Shown here: piece after piece, positions 1 through 14,275 of the stretch
Numbering within the stretch: position 1 is the stretch's first letter
How the letters are laid out: each line of letters opens with the position of its first letter
Position numbers and translations under genes: made by a program
The notes under the pieces: model-generated
Told to the model about the DNA's origin: nothing
The model's input: only the letters and a program-made list of their open reading frames with translations
Databases searched by the model: none
DNA from: the human T2T-CHM13v2.0 reference genome, Homo sapiens
Strand: one strand, 5' to 3'
Assembly (NCBI RefSeq): GCF_009914755.1
Contig: NC_060943.1
Length of the DNA: 64,000 nt

Positions 1-182
1 AGAAAATATCTAACACAAAACAACAATGAAAGAACTTAGGAACAAAAATGATATGACACGTAGAAAAAAGTAAATAGTTATAGAGCAAATAGTAAATAGG
101 CAGAAGTAGCTCCTTCCTTATCAGTAATTACATCATTACAAGGTGGATTTTGGCAGAATGGATTTAAAAAATAACCCAATTA

Positions 183-572
183 CAGATGGTCCCCAGCTTA
201 CCATGGTATGATTTTTTAACTTTATGATGGTACAAAGATCATACGCATTCAGTAGAAAGCACACTTCAAGTACCCTACAACCTTTCTATTTTTCACTTTC
301 AGTACCATATTAAATATATAATTTATAATTGTTGAGATATTCAATACTTTATTTAAAATACACTGCTATGTTAGCCCACTGCCCAACTGTAGGCTAATGT
401 AAGTGTTCTGAGCATGTTTAGGCTAGGCTAACTTATGATGTTCAGTGGGTTAGGTGAATTAAATGCATTTTTGACTTTTTTTTTTTCATTGTTTTGCATT
501 TTTGACTTATGGTATTTTTAACTTACAATGGCTTTATTGGGACATAGCCCCATCAAAGTTGCGGAGCATGTG
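183..572 (-). mobile_element. Tigger3/MER7 (Golem)-like DNA transposon relic
   Basis: TA flanks; terminal inverted repeats cagatggtcccc...cttac and ccccatcaaagttgcggagcatgtg. Confidence 0.72.
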
Positions 573-1109
573 TACATACTGTCTATAAGACACTTGCTTT
601 ATATTCAAAGACACAAATATGGCCAATAGTGAAAGAATGGAAAAAGATATTTCATACAATAAAAATTGTTATAAAACAGAGAAAGACATTATAGTTGTAT
701 AAAGCATCAATTTATGGAGAAAATGTAACGATTATAAACATATATGTGCCTAATAAGAACTCCAAAATGTATGAAGTAAAAACTGGCATAATTGAAGGAA
801 GATATAGAGTGTTCTATAATAATCGTTTGAGACTTCAATACTCCACTTTCAATAATGGATATAACAACATATTAGAAGATCAAAAAGGAAACAGAAGGAT
901 TAAACAATAAACTAACTAGACCTAACAAATATATAAAGAACACACCACCCAACAAGAGAATCCATATTCATCTCAAATGCACATGGAACATTCTCCAGGA
1001 TAGATTATATGTTAGGCTATAAAAAAAGTCTGACTAAATTAAAAAACAATGAACTCATACAAAGTATCTTCCTTAACCACAATGGAATGAAATTAAAAAT
1101 GAGTAACAG

Positions 1110-1457
<348 letters not shown>

Positions 1458-1686
1458 CTACAGAGATAAAACAATCACTATCAAAATTCTGAGTTTTTTT
1501 TCCTTTCAGAAATACACAAACTGATCTGAAAATTCATGGCATTGCGAGGGATCTTGAACAGACAAGAAGTGAAAAAGAAGAATAAAGTAGAAAGATTTAC
1601 ACTTACTGTTATCAAAACTTACTACAATGTAACAATAATCAAGGCATTGTGGTACTGACCCAAGGACAGATACATAGACCAATGGA

Positions 1687-1769
1687 GCCAGGAGCAGTGG
1701 CTCATGCCTGTAATCCCTGCACTTTGGGAGGCCCAGGTAGGCGGATCACTTGAGGTCAGGAGTTCGAGA
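1687..1769 (+). mobile_element. Alu 5' fragment without tail
   Basis: gccaggagcagtggctc...ggagttcgaga between 19-nt direct repeats. Confidence 0.85.
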
Positions 1770-2124
1770 TATACAGACCAATGGAACAGAATTGAGAGTA
1801 TGTAAATAAACTCCAGTGTGTATGGCCACATAATTTTCAATAAGGGTACCAAGGTCATTTGATGGGGAAAGAATAAAGGTGGTGAGACAACTGGATATAC
1901 ACACATGCAAAAGAATGAAGTTGACCCTTTCTCCACACCATAAGCAAAATTCACTCAAAATCTATCACACAGCTGAGTGGAATTGTTAACACTAGAAAAT
2001 TCTTGGAAGAAAACATAGGGGTAGATCTTCATGACCTTGACTTGAGCAATGGTTTCTTAGGTATCACACCAAGAGCACAAGCAAAAAAGAAAAACTAGAT
2101 ACAACAGACTTCATCACAATTAAA

Positions 2125-2416
2125 ATTTTTTTTGTCTTCTGAGACGGAGTCTCGTTCTGTCGCCTAGGCTGGAATATAGTGGATCTCGGCTCACTACAAC
2201 CTCTGCCTCCCAGGTTCAAGTGATTCTCTTGCCTCAGCCTCCCGAGTAGGTGGGATTACAGGCACCTGCCACCACGCCTGGCTAATTTTTGCATTTTTAG
2301 TAGAGATGGGGCTTCACTAAGTTGGCCAGGCTGGTCTTGAACTCCTGACCTTAAGTGATCCATCCATCTCAGCCTCCCAAAGTGCTGGGATTACAGGCGT
2401 GAGCCACTCTGCCTGG
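2125..2416 (-). mobile_element. Alu
   Basis: Antisense Alu consensus. Confidence 0.92.
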
Positions 2417-2593
2417 TCACAATTAAAACTTTTGTGCATCAAAGGACACTATCAAGAAAATGAAAAGACACCCAAAGAATAGAGAAATCATTTATGTATT
2501 ATATTTTGAATAAGGATTTGGTACCCAGAATATAAAATGAACTTTTAAAATCCGACAACAAAAATAAACAACCCAAATAAAACATGGGCAGAG

Positions 2594-2919
2594 GACTGGG
2601 AGCGGTGGCTCACACTTGTAATGCCAGCACTTTGGGAGGCCAAGGCAGGCGGATCATTTGAGGCCAGGAGTTTGAGACCAGCCTGGCCAACACAGCGAAA
2701 CCCTGTCTCTATAAAAAATACAAAACAATTTAGCCAGGCATGGTGGCACATGCCTGTAATTCCAGCTACTTGAGAGGCTGAGGTATGAGAATCACTTGAA
2801 CCCGGAAGGCAGAGGTTGCAGTGAGCCGAGATCGTGCTGCGCCACTGCACTCCAGCCTGGGCGACAGAGGGAGACTGTGTCAAAACAAGCAAACAAACAA
2901 ATAACAACAATAACAAAAA
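2594..2919 (+). mobile_element. Alu
   Basis: Alu consensus with (CAA)-type tail. Confidence 0.92.
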
Positions 2920-3417
2920 TGGGCAAAGGACTTGAATAGACATTTTTCCAAAGAAAAATACTCAACAAGTACATGAAAAGATGCTCCATGTCATTTGTCA
3001 TTAGAAAAATGCAAATCAAAACAAGAACGAGATAGCACTTCATACCTACTGGTATGAGTATAATCAAAAAGGCAAGTGCTGGGAAGATGCAGAGAAGCTG
3101 GAACCCTCCTGCATTGGCGGGAACGTGCAATGGTGCAGCTGCTGTGGAAAAGTCTGGCAGTTCCTCAAGAAGCTAAACACAGACCTAGCCTTCCACTCCT
3201 AGTATATGCCCAAGAAAATGGAAAGTGGGCATTTAAACAAAAGCTCGTACACAAAAATTCATAGTATTATAGCATTATTCTTGATAGTCAAAGAGTGGAA
3301 ACAACTCAAATGTTTCTCAATAGAAAAATGGATTGGCAAAATGTGGTATGTCCATACAATGGAATATCATTCAGTCATAAGGAATGAAGCGCTGGTACAA
3401 CATACAACATAGCTAAG

Positions 3418-3712
3418 TTTTTTTGTTTTGTTTTTTTTGAGACACAGTTGTGCTCTGTTGCCCAGGCTGCAGTGCAATGGCACAATCTCAGCTCACTGCA
3501 ACCTCTGCCTCCTGGTTCAAGCGATTCTCCTGCCTCAGCCTCCTGACTAGCTGGGATAGGTGTGTGCCACCACGTCCGGCTAATTTGTATTTTTAGTGGA
3601 GATGGGGTTTCACCATGTTGGTCAGGCTGGTCTCGAACTCCTGCCCTCGTGATCCGCCCGCCTCGGCCTCCCAAAGTGCTGGGATTACAGGTGTGAGCCA
3701 CCACACCTGGCC
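3418..3712 (-). mobile_element. Alu
   Basis: TSD catagctaagttttt. Confidence 0.92.
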
Positions 3713-4087
3713 CATAGCTAAGTTTTTAAAACACTGTGCTACATGAAAAGTCAGACACAAAAGGTAATGTATTTTGTAATTACATTTATATGATATGTTC
3801 TGGATAGGTAAATTCCTAAAGACAGACACCAGATGAGTGGTTACCAGCAGCAGTGGGTAGGGAAAGTAACGGGTATTGGCTGCTTCATAGGGACGGGGTT
3901 TCCTTCAGGGTGATGAAAATATGGTGATATTAGATAGTGTTGATGGTTGCACAATACCATGAATGTATGAAAAACCACTGGACTGGATATCTTAGAATGG
4001 TTAAAAATGGTGAATTTTATGTTGTATGGATTTTACCACAATAAAAAAAGTAAGCAAAGCAGGCAAGTGTTGCCACTGGAGTCATTA

Positions 4088-4243
<156 letters not shown>

Positions 4244-4364
4244 CTAAAGCATTGCAAACATCACGGCTTAGCCAAGGACCACCCCCACCAACGTGCACAG
4301 GAAGAGGGGCCAGGAGAACAGAGCCAGGGCTGGGGAAACCTGAGCACAAGATATTGGGGGGGGT

Positions 4365-4462
4365 GGTTCTGAGCTCACCTCCCAGGGTTCTGAGCTCCTC
4401 TCCCAGGGTTCTGAGCTCCTCTCCTGGGGTTCTGAGCTCTTCTCCCTGGCTTCTGAGCTCAG
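4365..4462. repeat. 21-bp tandem repeat, about 4.5 copies (GGTTCTGAGCTCCTCTCCCAG)
   Basis: Direct repeats read from the sequence. Confidence 0.9.
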
Positions 4463-4939
4463 CCCTCAATGCTTGTCTCCTTAGGCCATTCCCAGGTCCA
4501 GTGCACAGTACCACAGAGCAGCTGCCTTTTCTCACTCAGACTGGGAGCTCCTGTGATCTTATTTCCCTCAATCTCCAGGGGATCATGGGCCCGTGACATG
4601 GCAGAAAGCAGAGAAATACTTGGTAAGTGAATGACTGATTTCCGTGGCGTTTATTAATTGCTTGGGTTTAGAACATCATCACGTCTTTACTTGGCTTTCC
4701 CTTAAAACTCTCAGGAGCACATGATGTACTCAGGGACCCTGGAGGGAGCTCTGAACCTGCAGTAAATGTTGACACACACTGACATTTTCTGGGCAGCCCT
4801 CACCCTCCATCTGATGCCTGGAAATCCTGGGATGCCTGAGGACCTGGTTTGGCCATGAGGCTCCAGGCTGCTGGAAGGTATCAAGTCCAACCTTCTGGCC
4901 AAAGGAATAATGATTTGGGAAAAGGAACATCTGACTCAC

Positions 4940-5028
4940 CCGTAGCCAGCTTGTCAGGAGCTCATTAACCAGCTCTCCGCCCTGTGTGTGTCCTTTTTGC
5001 TGAGAGGCTGGGAACAGGGAAGACGGAG
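4940..5028 (-). CDS. ZNF558: ZNF558 second coding exon (89 nt)
   Basis: ctcctcctccag| acceptor, |gtgagt donor; (A)PSSLFPASQQKGHTQGGELVNELLTSWLR; 31+89=120 nt keeps frame into KRAB-A. Confidence 0.93.
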
Positions 5029-5565
5029 CTGGAGGAGGAGAAATGAGTCCCATGGATTCAGGCTTGTCTGACACCCACAGATCTGCCCCTGATTGACCAC
5101 ACCCACCTCCCACACCCACACGGATGAGGCACCACACAGTGCCCACCTACGCTCCATGCAAACACCTACCCACAGCTCTCCTAAGATACCCAAACACAGC
5201 CCTGTCTCACCAACCAAAGACAATAGGGCTCAAGGTCTGACTGCACTTGGGGAAGGGATTATTCCCACTTCACAGATGAGGAAACAAGTTCCAAGGGCGT
5301 CACTGTGTTTTTATCAGATTCACAGAAAGAACTAAAGGGAGAATTCAAAAGCTCCAGCACATTCACCACACAGGTGACATCCACAGACACCCAAATGCCT
5401 AAGTCCCAAATCCCGAGAGCTGCCCGATCAGACACGGAGGACCTCTGGGCCCCTGGGGCTCCACTCCTGCCTCACCTGCTCTGCCCAACCCCGCTCGTGT
5501 CCCATGCTGTGGGTCAGAACCTTTCAAGGCTGGACTCTGAGAAATGTCAGGACCCCACGACTCAC

Positions 5566-5596
5566 CAGCAGTCGAGGGCAGGATGACAGCCGCCAT
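5566..5596 (-). CDS. ZNF558: ZNF558 first coding segment (exon about 5566-5661, including 65 nt of UTR)
   Basis: AGGATGG Kozak, MAAVILPSTA, |gtgagt donor at 5565; acceptor tttcttccag| at 5662. Confidence 0.92.
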
Positions 5597-6264
5597 CCTG
5601 TGACTCCGACAGCAACAGGGCAGCCGGGAAGCAGGACGCTCCTCCTTTATCCCGCAGCGCTCTGGAAGAAACGGGAATGCTCCAAGTCTCCGTGGCCTCC
5701 TCCCTCTCGGGCTGCTGGGGATGGGCCCTCCTCAACCCATCCTTCCCATCCTTCTTCAAATGCAAGTTCCGGCTTCCACACTGGGCCTTTATTTTGCTGA
5801 GCAGGCAATGAATTCAGGGCCACCTGATGGAAAACTTGCCTTCCTCTGTCCCCAACACAACGACCAGTACCTCCCTGACCCACCCGCTTTGAGAACCTCG
5901 GCTTCACGCAGTCTCACGGCATGTTCTTCCCATCCAAGCGCACCACAAACGCATTCCCGGCTACTCCCTCCTTCCCTGGGGACTCCGGCGCCTCCATAAC
6001 TCCTCCCACCTCCAGTCCCAGCTCCTGGAGGATGTCAGAGACCCCCAGAGTCTCAGGAGTTCCTCAGCTCCAGGGCCCTTTGTTCCTTCTCTCATCAGCC
6101 ACATGTTTCCACAGGTCCCCTCAGCCTTGGTCATCACCGGGCACTGTCCCACCACCCAGAACAACGTTCAGAAACTCCCCTCTCTCTGAACCCAACCTCC
6201 CTCCTCAACTTCCACGGCGTTCACTCCTTTTTTCTCTCACCGCATGTCCTCCGACCACACGCAG

Positions 6265-6632
6265 GCCTCAGTCACCTCCTCCTGCCTCGGTCACCCCCCT
6301 CCTGCCTCAGTCAACCCCTCTCCTGCCTCGGTCACCCCCATCCTGCCTCAGTCAGCCCCCCTCCTGCCTCGGTCACCCCACTCCTGCCTCGGTCACCCCC
6401 CTCCTGCCTCGGTCACCCCCCTCCTGCCTTGGTCACCCCCCTCCTGCCTGTGCTCTGCCTCAGTTACCCCCTCTCCTGCCCATGTTCTGCCTGTTACCCC
6501 AACTCCTGCCCTTGGTCACCCTGCTCCTGCCTGTGCTCGGCCTCAGTCACCCCCCTCCTGCCTCAGTCAGCCCCTCTCCTACCTATGCTCTGCCTTGGTC
6601 ACCCCCTCTCCTGCCTCAGCCACCCCCTCTCT
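6265..6632. repeat. GC-rich minisatellite, about 20-bp unit GGTCACCCCCCTCCTGCCTC
   Basis: Roughly 15 or more copies, degenerating to the right. Confidence 0.92.
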
Positions 6633-6943
6633 TGATTTCATCCTCACCCAGCTTGGATGTCACTGTCCCTCATTTCAGCTGATTTCCTCCTCCCTACCCC
6701 CCACTGTCATGCCAGCCCAGCAGAACTCCAGCCAGGCGTGACTTCAATCATCCACCTGCTCCAGGGGACATTCGGGCAGACCACCCTGTGCAAAGGCTGT
6801 GACGTTGCCACTCTGGAATAACACGGTCACCAACGTGTAGAGAACCCTCAGCCTGCAGGGCGATCCCACAGGTCAGCATGGCTTCCCACTCGTCAAACCT
6901 CCTCTCCTCTCTTTAAACTTCACACCTCCTCCCCTGTCCCCTC

Positions 6944-7469
6944 TGTGGTAACTGCTTCCTAACGAGCCCTTGACGATCCCAGCCTCCCGGTGCTCACACC
7001 CTGTGTAGGCCCGACGCACACACGGAATTAGAGCTGACCTGTGTGACCAGCAGAATATGGCTGAGGAGACAGCGGGGGTGGGTGCAGGGGTGACTTTCAG
7101 GACCAGGTCCTAGAAGGCACTACAGCTGCTTCCGCCTTGGTCTCCTGGATGTTGCTCTAGAGGACACCAGTTGCCATGGTGGGAAGATGCTCAAGTGGCC
7201 CTGTGGAGAGGCCTATGTGGAGAGGAACTGAGGCCTCCCACCGACGGCCAGCTCTGACTCGCAGGCCATGGAGTGGCCCCCGGTACCCGTTGAGCCTTCA
7301 GATGATGCAGACCCAGCTGACAGCCTTCTGCAAGTTTCCAGCCAGAGCCTTCCAGCCAAGCTGCTCCTGAATTCCTGAAACACAAAAACAGTGAGAGACG
7401 ATACATGGTCATTGTTTCAAGTGACTAAGGTTTGAGATCATTTGTTAGGCAGCAAGAGATGACAAATCA
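6944..7469 (+). mobile_element. MaLR LTR (MLT1-like)
   Basis: gtggagaggcctatgtggagaggaactgaggcctccc and gtttgagatcatttgttaggcagca motifs. Confidence 0.75.
7039..7374 (-). other. ZNF558: Predicted ZNF558 5'UTR exon (336 nt) inside an antisense MLT1 LTR
   Basis: Strong acceptor ctgtttttgtgtttcag| and donor CAG|gtcagc; predicted from splice signals only. Confidence 0.6.
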
Positions 7470-7958
7470 TCTCATTTTCAGCAGACAATCCCGATCCTGC
7501 TTCTCAGGGTAAAGATCATGAGGAGGAATCTACTTTCCTGTGTTGCTGCCAGCACTGCAACCTGTGCCCCACCCTTCTGCCTCCTCCCATCGCAGACAAG
7601 GAGCTGCCTGCCTTCTCCGCAGGGCTTGCTGGGCAGTTCTGGCCTGGGGTCCACCCTCCTGCTTTTGAGGAGCTGTCTGTGCTCGAAGCTCTCTCCTCTG
7701 CCCTTTCCCTTCTAGCTCTCCCGTGCTGCTAGACCCTTCCTCATGCCCCTCAAGCCTGATGTGGCATCTTCTGTAGTGCGATGAGCCCATCCTTGGGGTA
7801 CAGCTTTCTTTCCGGTTACTGCCCCGTCTGTATCCCCCATCCCAGCCACAGCTCTTCACTCTGTCCCCTTTCCTGAGTCCTCACACGGTGCAATCTGGCT
7901 TCCCTGCTATCATCCCAAGGACAATACCCTTGATGGAATCGACAATGACCTTACTCAC

Positions 7959-8065
7959 CAGGGAGACGTGGATTGCAGCAACTCTGGCGCTATTTCCTAT
8001 CTGGCAGGTCAACAGAGACACAGTGGCCCACACTCTTCATTCTCACACACTGCTGGGGGTAACCC
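7959..8065 (-). other. ZNF558: Predicted ZNF558 5'UTR exon (107 nt; alternative acceptor at 8098)
   Basis: Acceptor tttccttccctag|, donor CTG|gtgagt. Confidence 0.62.
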
Positions 8066-8277
8066 CTAGGGAAGGAAACGTGCTGATGTCAAGCAAAGCT
8101 GCAAAAAACATTTGTTCTTTCCTAGAACCCACTTCTAGAAATCTATCTCAAAGGTACACAAATACTGAAAGACACGTGTAAGATGATTCGCTGTGGCACT
8201 TCATATAATCGCAGAGGATTGAAAACACCACAAGTGACCATCAGTAGGGGATTGGGTGAATAAACTATGTGATAGCT

Positions 8278-8358
8278 TTAAGGTTGGTGCAAAAGTGATT
8301 GCGGTTTTTGCCATTACTTTCGATGGCAAAACCTGCAATTACTTTTGCAGCAACTTAA
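8278..8358. mobile_element. MADE1 (Hsmar1-derived MITE, about 80-bp palindrome)
   Basis: aggttggtgcaaaagtgattgcggtttttgccatt...atggcaaaacctgcaattacttttgcagcaacttaa. Confidence 0.92.
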
Positions 8359-8736
8359 TAAATAACAAAGAAACATGTAGCCAGGAAAAAAAAACCCCAA
8401 ACCAAAACCAAAACAAAGAACCCCTGAAAAGATTTCTAGGTATTCAGAGAGATTATCTCCAATAAATTTAAGTGAAAAAAAAATCAAGGTACAAAGCAAT
8501 GTCATGTGTCCTTTTTATAAGACGAGAAAGCCTCCTTTCTCCAGATTTATAGAATAAAACGTAACTCCATAAAGCCAGCTTCTGGAGGTTTCCATGTGTG
8601 ACCTCCATGACATGAACCCAAAAGATAAAAGGAGTGAAGGGTGTGAATGGGCAGGGATGGGGGCACTGGACATTCAGGGTGAGTTCGGGTTCCGTCAAAA
8701 AATCAAGTTGGAGGGAGTCTTTGGCTCTTGGGCCTC

Positions 8737-9793
8737 TGTGGTAGACAGATGATTAACTTCCTGCTCTCCCAAGAAAGGGGTCTGTGTTCTAATCCCCAGA
8801 ACCTCTGGATCTACTCCCTTACATGGCAAAAGGGATTCTGCAGCTGTGAGGAAGGCAAGGATCCTGACATGGGGGATGATGCTGGGTGGGCCCACTGTGA
8901 TTACAGGGGTCCTTATAAAAGGGAAACAGGAGGGTCAGTTCAAAGAAGGATGGGATGAGATGAGAGAAGAAGGGAGCGTGTGTGTAGCAGGGAGGAGATA
9001 ACATACAGAGAGACTGGAAGATGCTGCCCTGCTGGTGTTGATGATGGAGGAACAAGCCACAGTCAGGGAAGGCTGGTGGCCTCTACAAGATGAAAAACGC
9101 AGGAAATGGGTTCTCCCCTAGAGCCTCTAGAGCAGTGGTCCCCAACCTTTCTGGTACCAGGGACTGGTTTCGTGGAAGACAATTTTTCCATGGAGCACGG
9201 GGCGGCAGTGGGGCTGGGCAGGGAATGGTTTCAGGATGATGTTTTATAAGCACATTACATTTATTCTGCACTTTATTTCTATTATATTACACAGTAATAT
9301 ATAATGAAATAATTATACGACTCACCATAATATAGAGTCAGTGGGAGCCCTGAGCTTGTTTTCCTGCAACTAGATGGTCCCATCTGGGGGTGATGGGAGA
9401 CAGCAACAGATCATCAGGAATTAGATTCTCCTAAGGAGTGTGCAATCCAGATCCCTCACATGCAAAGTTCACAATAGGGTTTGGGCTCCTATGAGAATCG
9501 AATGCTGCCACTGATCGGCCAGGAGGTGGAGCTCAGGTGGTAATGCGAGCAATGAGGAGTGGCTGTAAATACAGATGAAGCTTCGCTCACCTGCCACTCA
9601 CATCTTGCTGTGCAGCCCTGTTTATAAGCACTGGTCCGTGGCCCAGGGGCTGGGGACTCCTGCTCTAGAGGGAATGCAGGCCTTCCAGCTTATTGAGGAT
9701 TTCTGACCTCCAGCAAGGCAAGAGGATAAATGTGTGTTGTTTTAAGTCCCTGAATTTGTGGTAGTTTGTTATAGCATCAATAGGAAACTAACA
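8737..9793 (+). mobile_element. MaLR LTR (MLT1C/D-like) split by MER1
   Basis: tgtggtagacaga start, gggtccttataaaaggg, tttgtggtagtttgttatagca end. Confidence 0.8.
9133..9662 (+). mobile_element. MER1A-like hAT-Charlie element
   Basis: cagtggtccccaacc...ggggactcctg termini; perfect 8-bp TSD CTCTAGAG (9125-9132 and 9663-9670). Confidence 0.9.
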
Positions 9794-10474
9794 TGCCTTT
9801 CACATCACACCTTCCCTTTGGGTGAGTTCAGCAGACCCAGGCAACTGCTGCAGAACTTCCCTACCCTCTACAGGGGGAAGTATCTCCTTTTTCCCCGTAA
9901 CAGACCTAATGTGCAGGTAGGCACACAGTAGTTCCAGTCACTGAGCTGGGGAGTGAGGGGGGGTTGGCCTCCAGCCAGCTCACTGGGCCTCCAAGAAAAA
10001 AACAAGTAGAGAAGGTACCTGGGACATTTTCAGGCCCCGAGTCCCTATTCAAGGCTGTCTGGAAGCAGAAATTTCCCACTAGGACAGGAGTGGTCTCTTC
10101 AGTTTACAGATCCTGTGACACCTGCCCTGCCCTGGATACAGTGCTGGAGGATGGTCACAGCAGATGGGCCACTCTATGTCAGCTGCCCAACACAACTTCT
10201 GGTGATGATGGAAATGTTCTATAATTCTGCTCTAATACTTGAAATGTGACTAGTATGGCTGAGAAAATAAATTTTATTTTTTTTGGGAGCAATCATCTGA
10301 TTCCTAAACTACCTCCAAACACCCCCTCTTTTGCCTCTTAAATGTCTTCCTTCTGAATCCTGAAGTCCTTGTTATCTGCATGCTTACACTACATGCAAAT
10401 TGCATCACCCTCTGGCCCACAACTCTTTAGTGTCTTCCCACTGGCCTGAGAACAGAGTCTGAAGTGAGGCCTAG

Positions 10475-10830
<356 letters not shown>

Positions 10831-11049
10831 TCTTTCCCTGTTCTTGTCTCGGCTTCAGCCATCCCTGTGTTCCCAGTGCAGGGAGCGTGGCAGCCTCTCT
10901 CCTGCTGCAGGGCCTTTCCTTACACAGCTTCTTCGACGGCAGTGCTCTCTTGGACATAACCCTGTCCCCTCACTCTAGTCGAGCCCTATGACTAGCTACA
11001 TCTGACCCCAACTTGGAGATGGAGCAGCAATTCCCTTTTTCAGGGGCCT

Positions 11050-12401
<1,352 letters not shown>

Positions 12402-12924
12402 ACTTAAGCTCTCAAGCTAAATATCCTTCCCAAGAAAGCTTCCCTGTTCCCTCTGATCAAGTTCACTAGTGCCAAGCTCCCACATCACTCCTGTCATTCA
12501 TGGTTTAAAATTTATCTTCCCTGTTAGAAGGTAAACTTTATGTAGGACAGGGGCCATTTCAGGTCCTCCAGGGTCCCTGTGCATCTGACCTAGGACCTGA
12601 CTCATGGAGGCGACCTGGTTTGCCAAGGATTGTCCCGGTTTGAACACTGGATGCCCTGTGCCCTAGCAAACCCCTTGGTCCTGAAAAAATGAGGATGGTT
12701 GGTCACCATTAACTGTGCACTCAAATAATATCTATTGCATGATAAGTAAACATTCCTTCAAGAATGCTGTAGGAAAGCTAGAATGGAAAAGGTGAACACA
12801 CACACAATTAGTAGAAACCCCACAATTTAATACTAGATTACTTAACATGATTCTCTGCAATATGAATCACCATACTGTTATTTCAGAGAAGTTTTAAGAA
12901 ACAAAGTTAATTCCTATTAGGAGG

Positions 12925-13317
12925 TGATATCGTTGGCTCTGTGTCCCCCCACCCAAATCTCATCTCGAGTTGTAATAATCCCTATGTGTCAGAGGAGGGT
13001 CCTGGTAGGAGGTGACTGAATCATGGGGGCGGACTTCCCCCTTGCTGTTCTCCTGATAGTAAGTTCCCACAAGATCTGATGGTTTAGAAGTTTGGCGTTT
13101 ATGTCTTCTCTCTCTCTCCTGCTGCCATGTAAGACGTGCCTTGCTTTCCCTTTGCTTTCTGCCATGATCGTAAGTTTCCTGAGGCCTCCCCCGCCATGCA
13201 GAACTGAGTCAATTAAACTTCTTTCCTTTGTAAGTCACTCAGTCTCAGGGAGTTATTTATAGCAGTGTGAAAACTCTCAGGTAGTTCTTTATAGCAGTGT
13301 GAAAAAGGACTAATACA
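12925..13317 (+). mobile_element. THE1/MST MaLR solo LTR
   Basis: TGATAT...TAATACA termini, 5-bp TSD GGAGG, internal duplication of about 32 bp near the 3' end. Confidence 0.9.
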
Positions 13318-13567
13318 GGAGGCAAGGTGCAGAGGACAATCTTTTTGGAAACCAGTTCCCTACCCTTCAATCTATAAGTTGTTGCTTAATATTCTTCCAA
13401 ATGTTTTCAAATCTCATTAGGAAAAAAAAAATCCCATTACTCAAAACACATCTGGTCGCCGGTCAATTTAATTTTAAATTTGTTACTAATAAATCATCCT
13501 TTTTACAAATGCCCTTATATTTTGAAGTTTGGTGGAGGGCCAATATGCCTTTAGAAATCAAATCAAC

Positions 13568-13868
13568 AGCTGGGTGCGGTGGCTCTTGCCTGTAATCCCA
13601 GCACTTTGGGAGGCTGAGGTGGGCGGACCACTTGAGGTCAGGAGTTAAAGACCAGCCTGGCCAACATGGCAAAAACCTGTCTCTACTAAAAATACAAACA
13701 AAATTAGCTGGGCGTGGTGGCACTTGCCTGTAGTCCCAGCTACTCAGGAAACTGAGGCAGGAGATTTGCTTGAGTCTGGGAGGTGGAGGTTGACATGAGC
13801 CAAGATCGCGCCACTGCACTCCAACCTGGCCAACAGAGTGAGACTTGGTCTCAAGAAAAAAAAAAAAA
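13568..13868 (+). mobile_element. Alu
   Basis: Alu consensus with A tail. Confidence 0.92.
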
Positions 13869-14275
13869 GTCAAATCAAACAGGCCTGAAGAATGTTGCTA
13901 AGTAGTCCTGCTAGTTGTTAGTGGGAAGACTTGTAACACTACATATACATGTAAATATTTTCTATACTTATATAAAATTCAGAAACTTTTAGCATTACAG
14001 CATACCAGAAAATCTGTCTTTAGCTACAGTTACACATCTTTACGTTATTTGTATGTTTGTTTTGTGGATACTTATTTGCATGTAACTGTATTTACTTATT
14101 TACACACATGTAACCATAAACACCTCTGTCTTTTTACCTTGAACTTTCCTTAAGATACCTTCACTCTTAGTGACTTCGATGTGGTTACAACCCCAGCACA
14201 GGAAAAGCCCACGAGGAGTTCTTCTACACAGCAGAGCCTGCTGAAACCTTGTTGTAGGTTCCACACTGTACTCAC

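Noticed and set aside
695-910. L1 endonuclease-like peptide
   Set aside because: Decayed L1M ORF2 fragment with frameshifts
6265-6632. Identity with the published ZNF558-controlling VNTR
   Set aside because: As I recall, that VNTR is a large array downstream of the gene, which is left of this window; this is a small intronic one
5921-6741. 253-aa and 165-aa Pro-rich ORFs
   Set aside because: Translations of the 20-bp minisatellite
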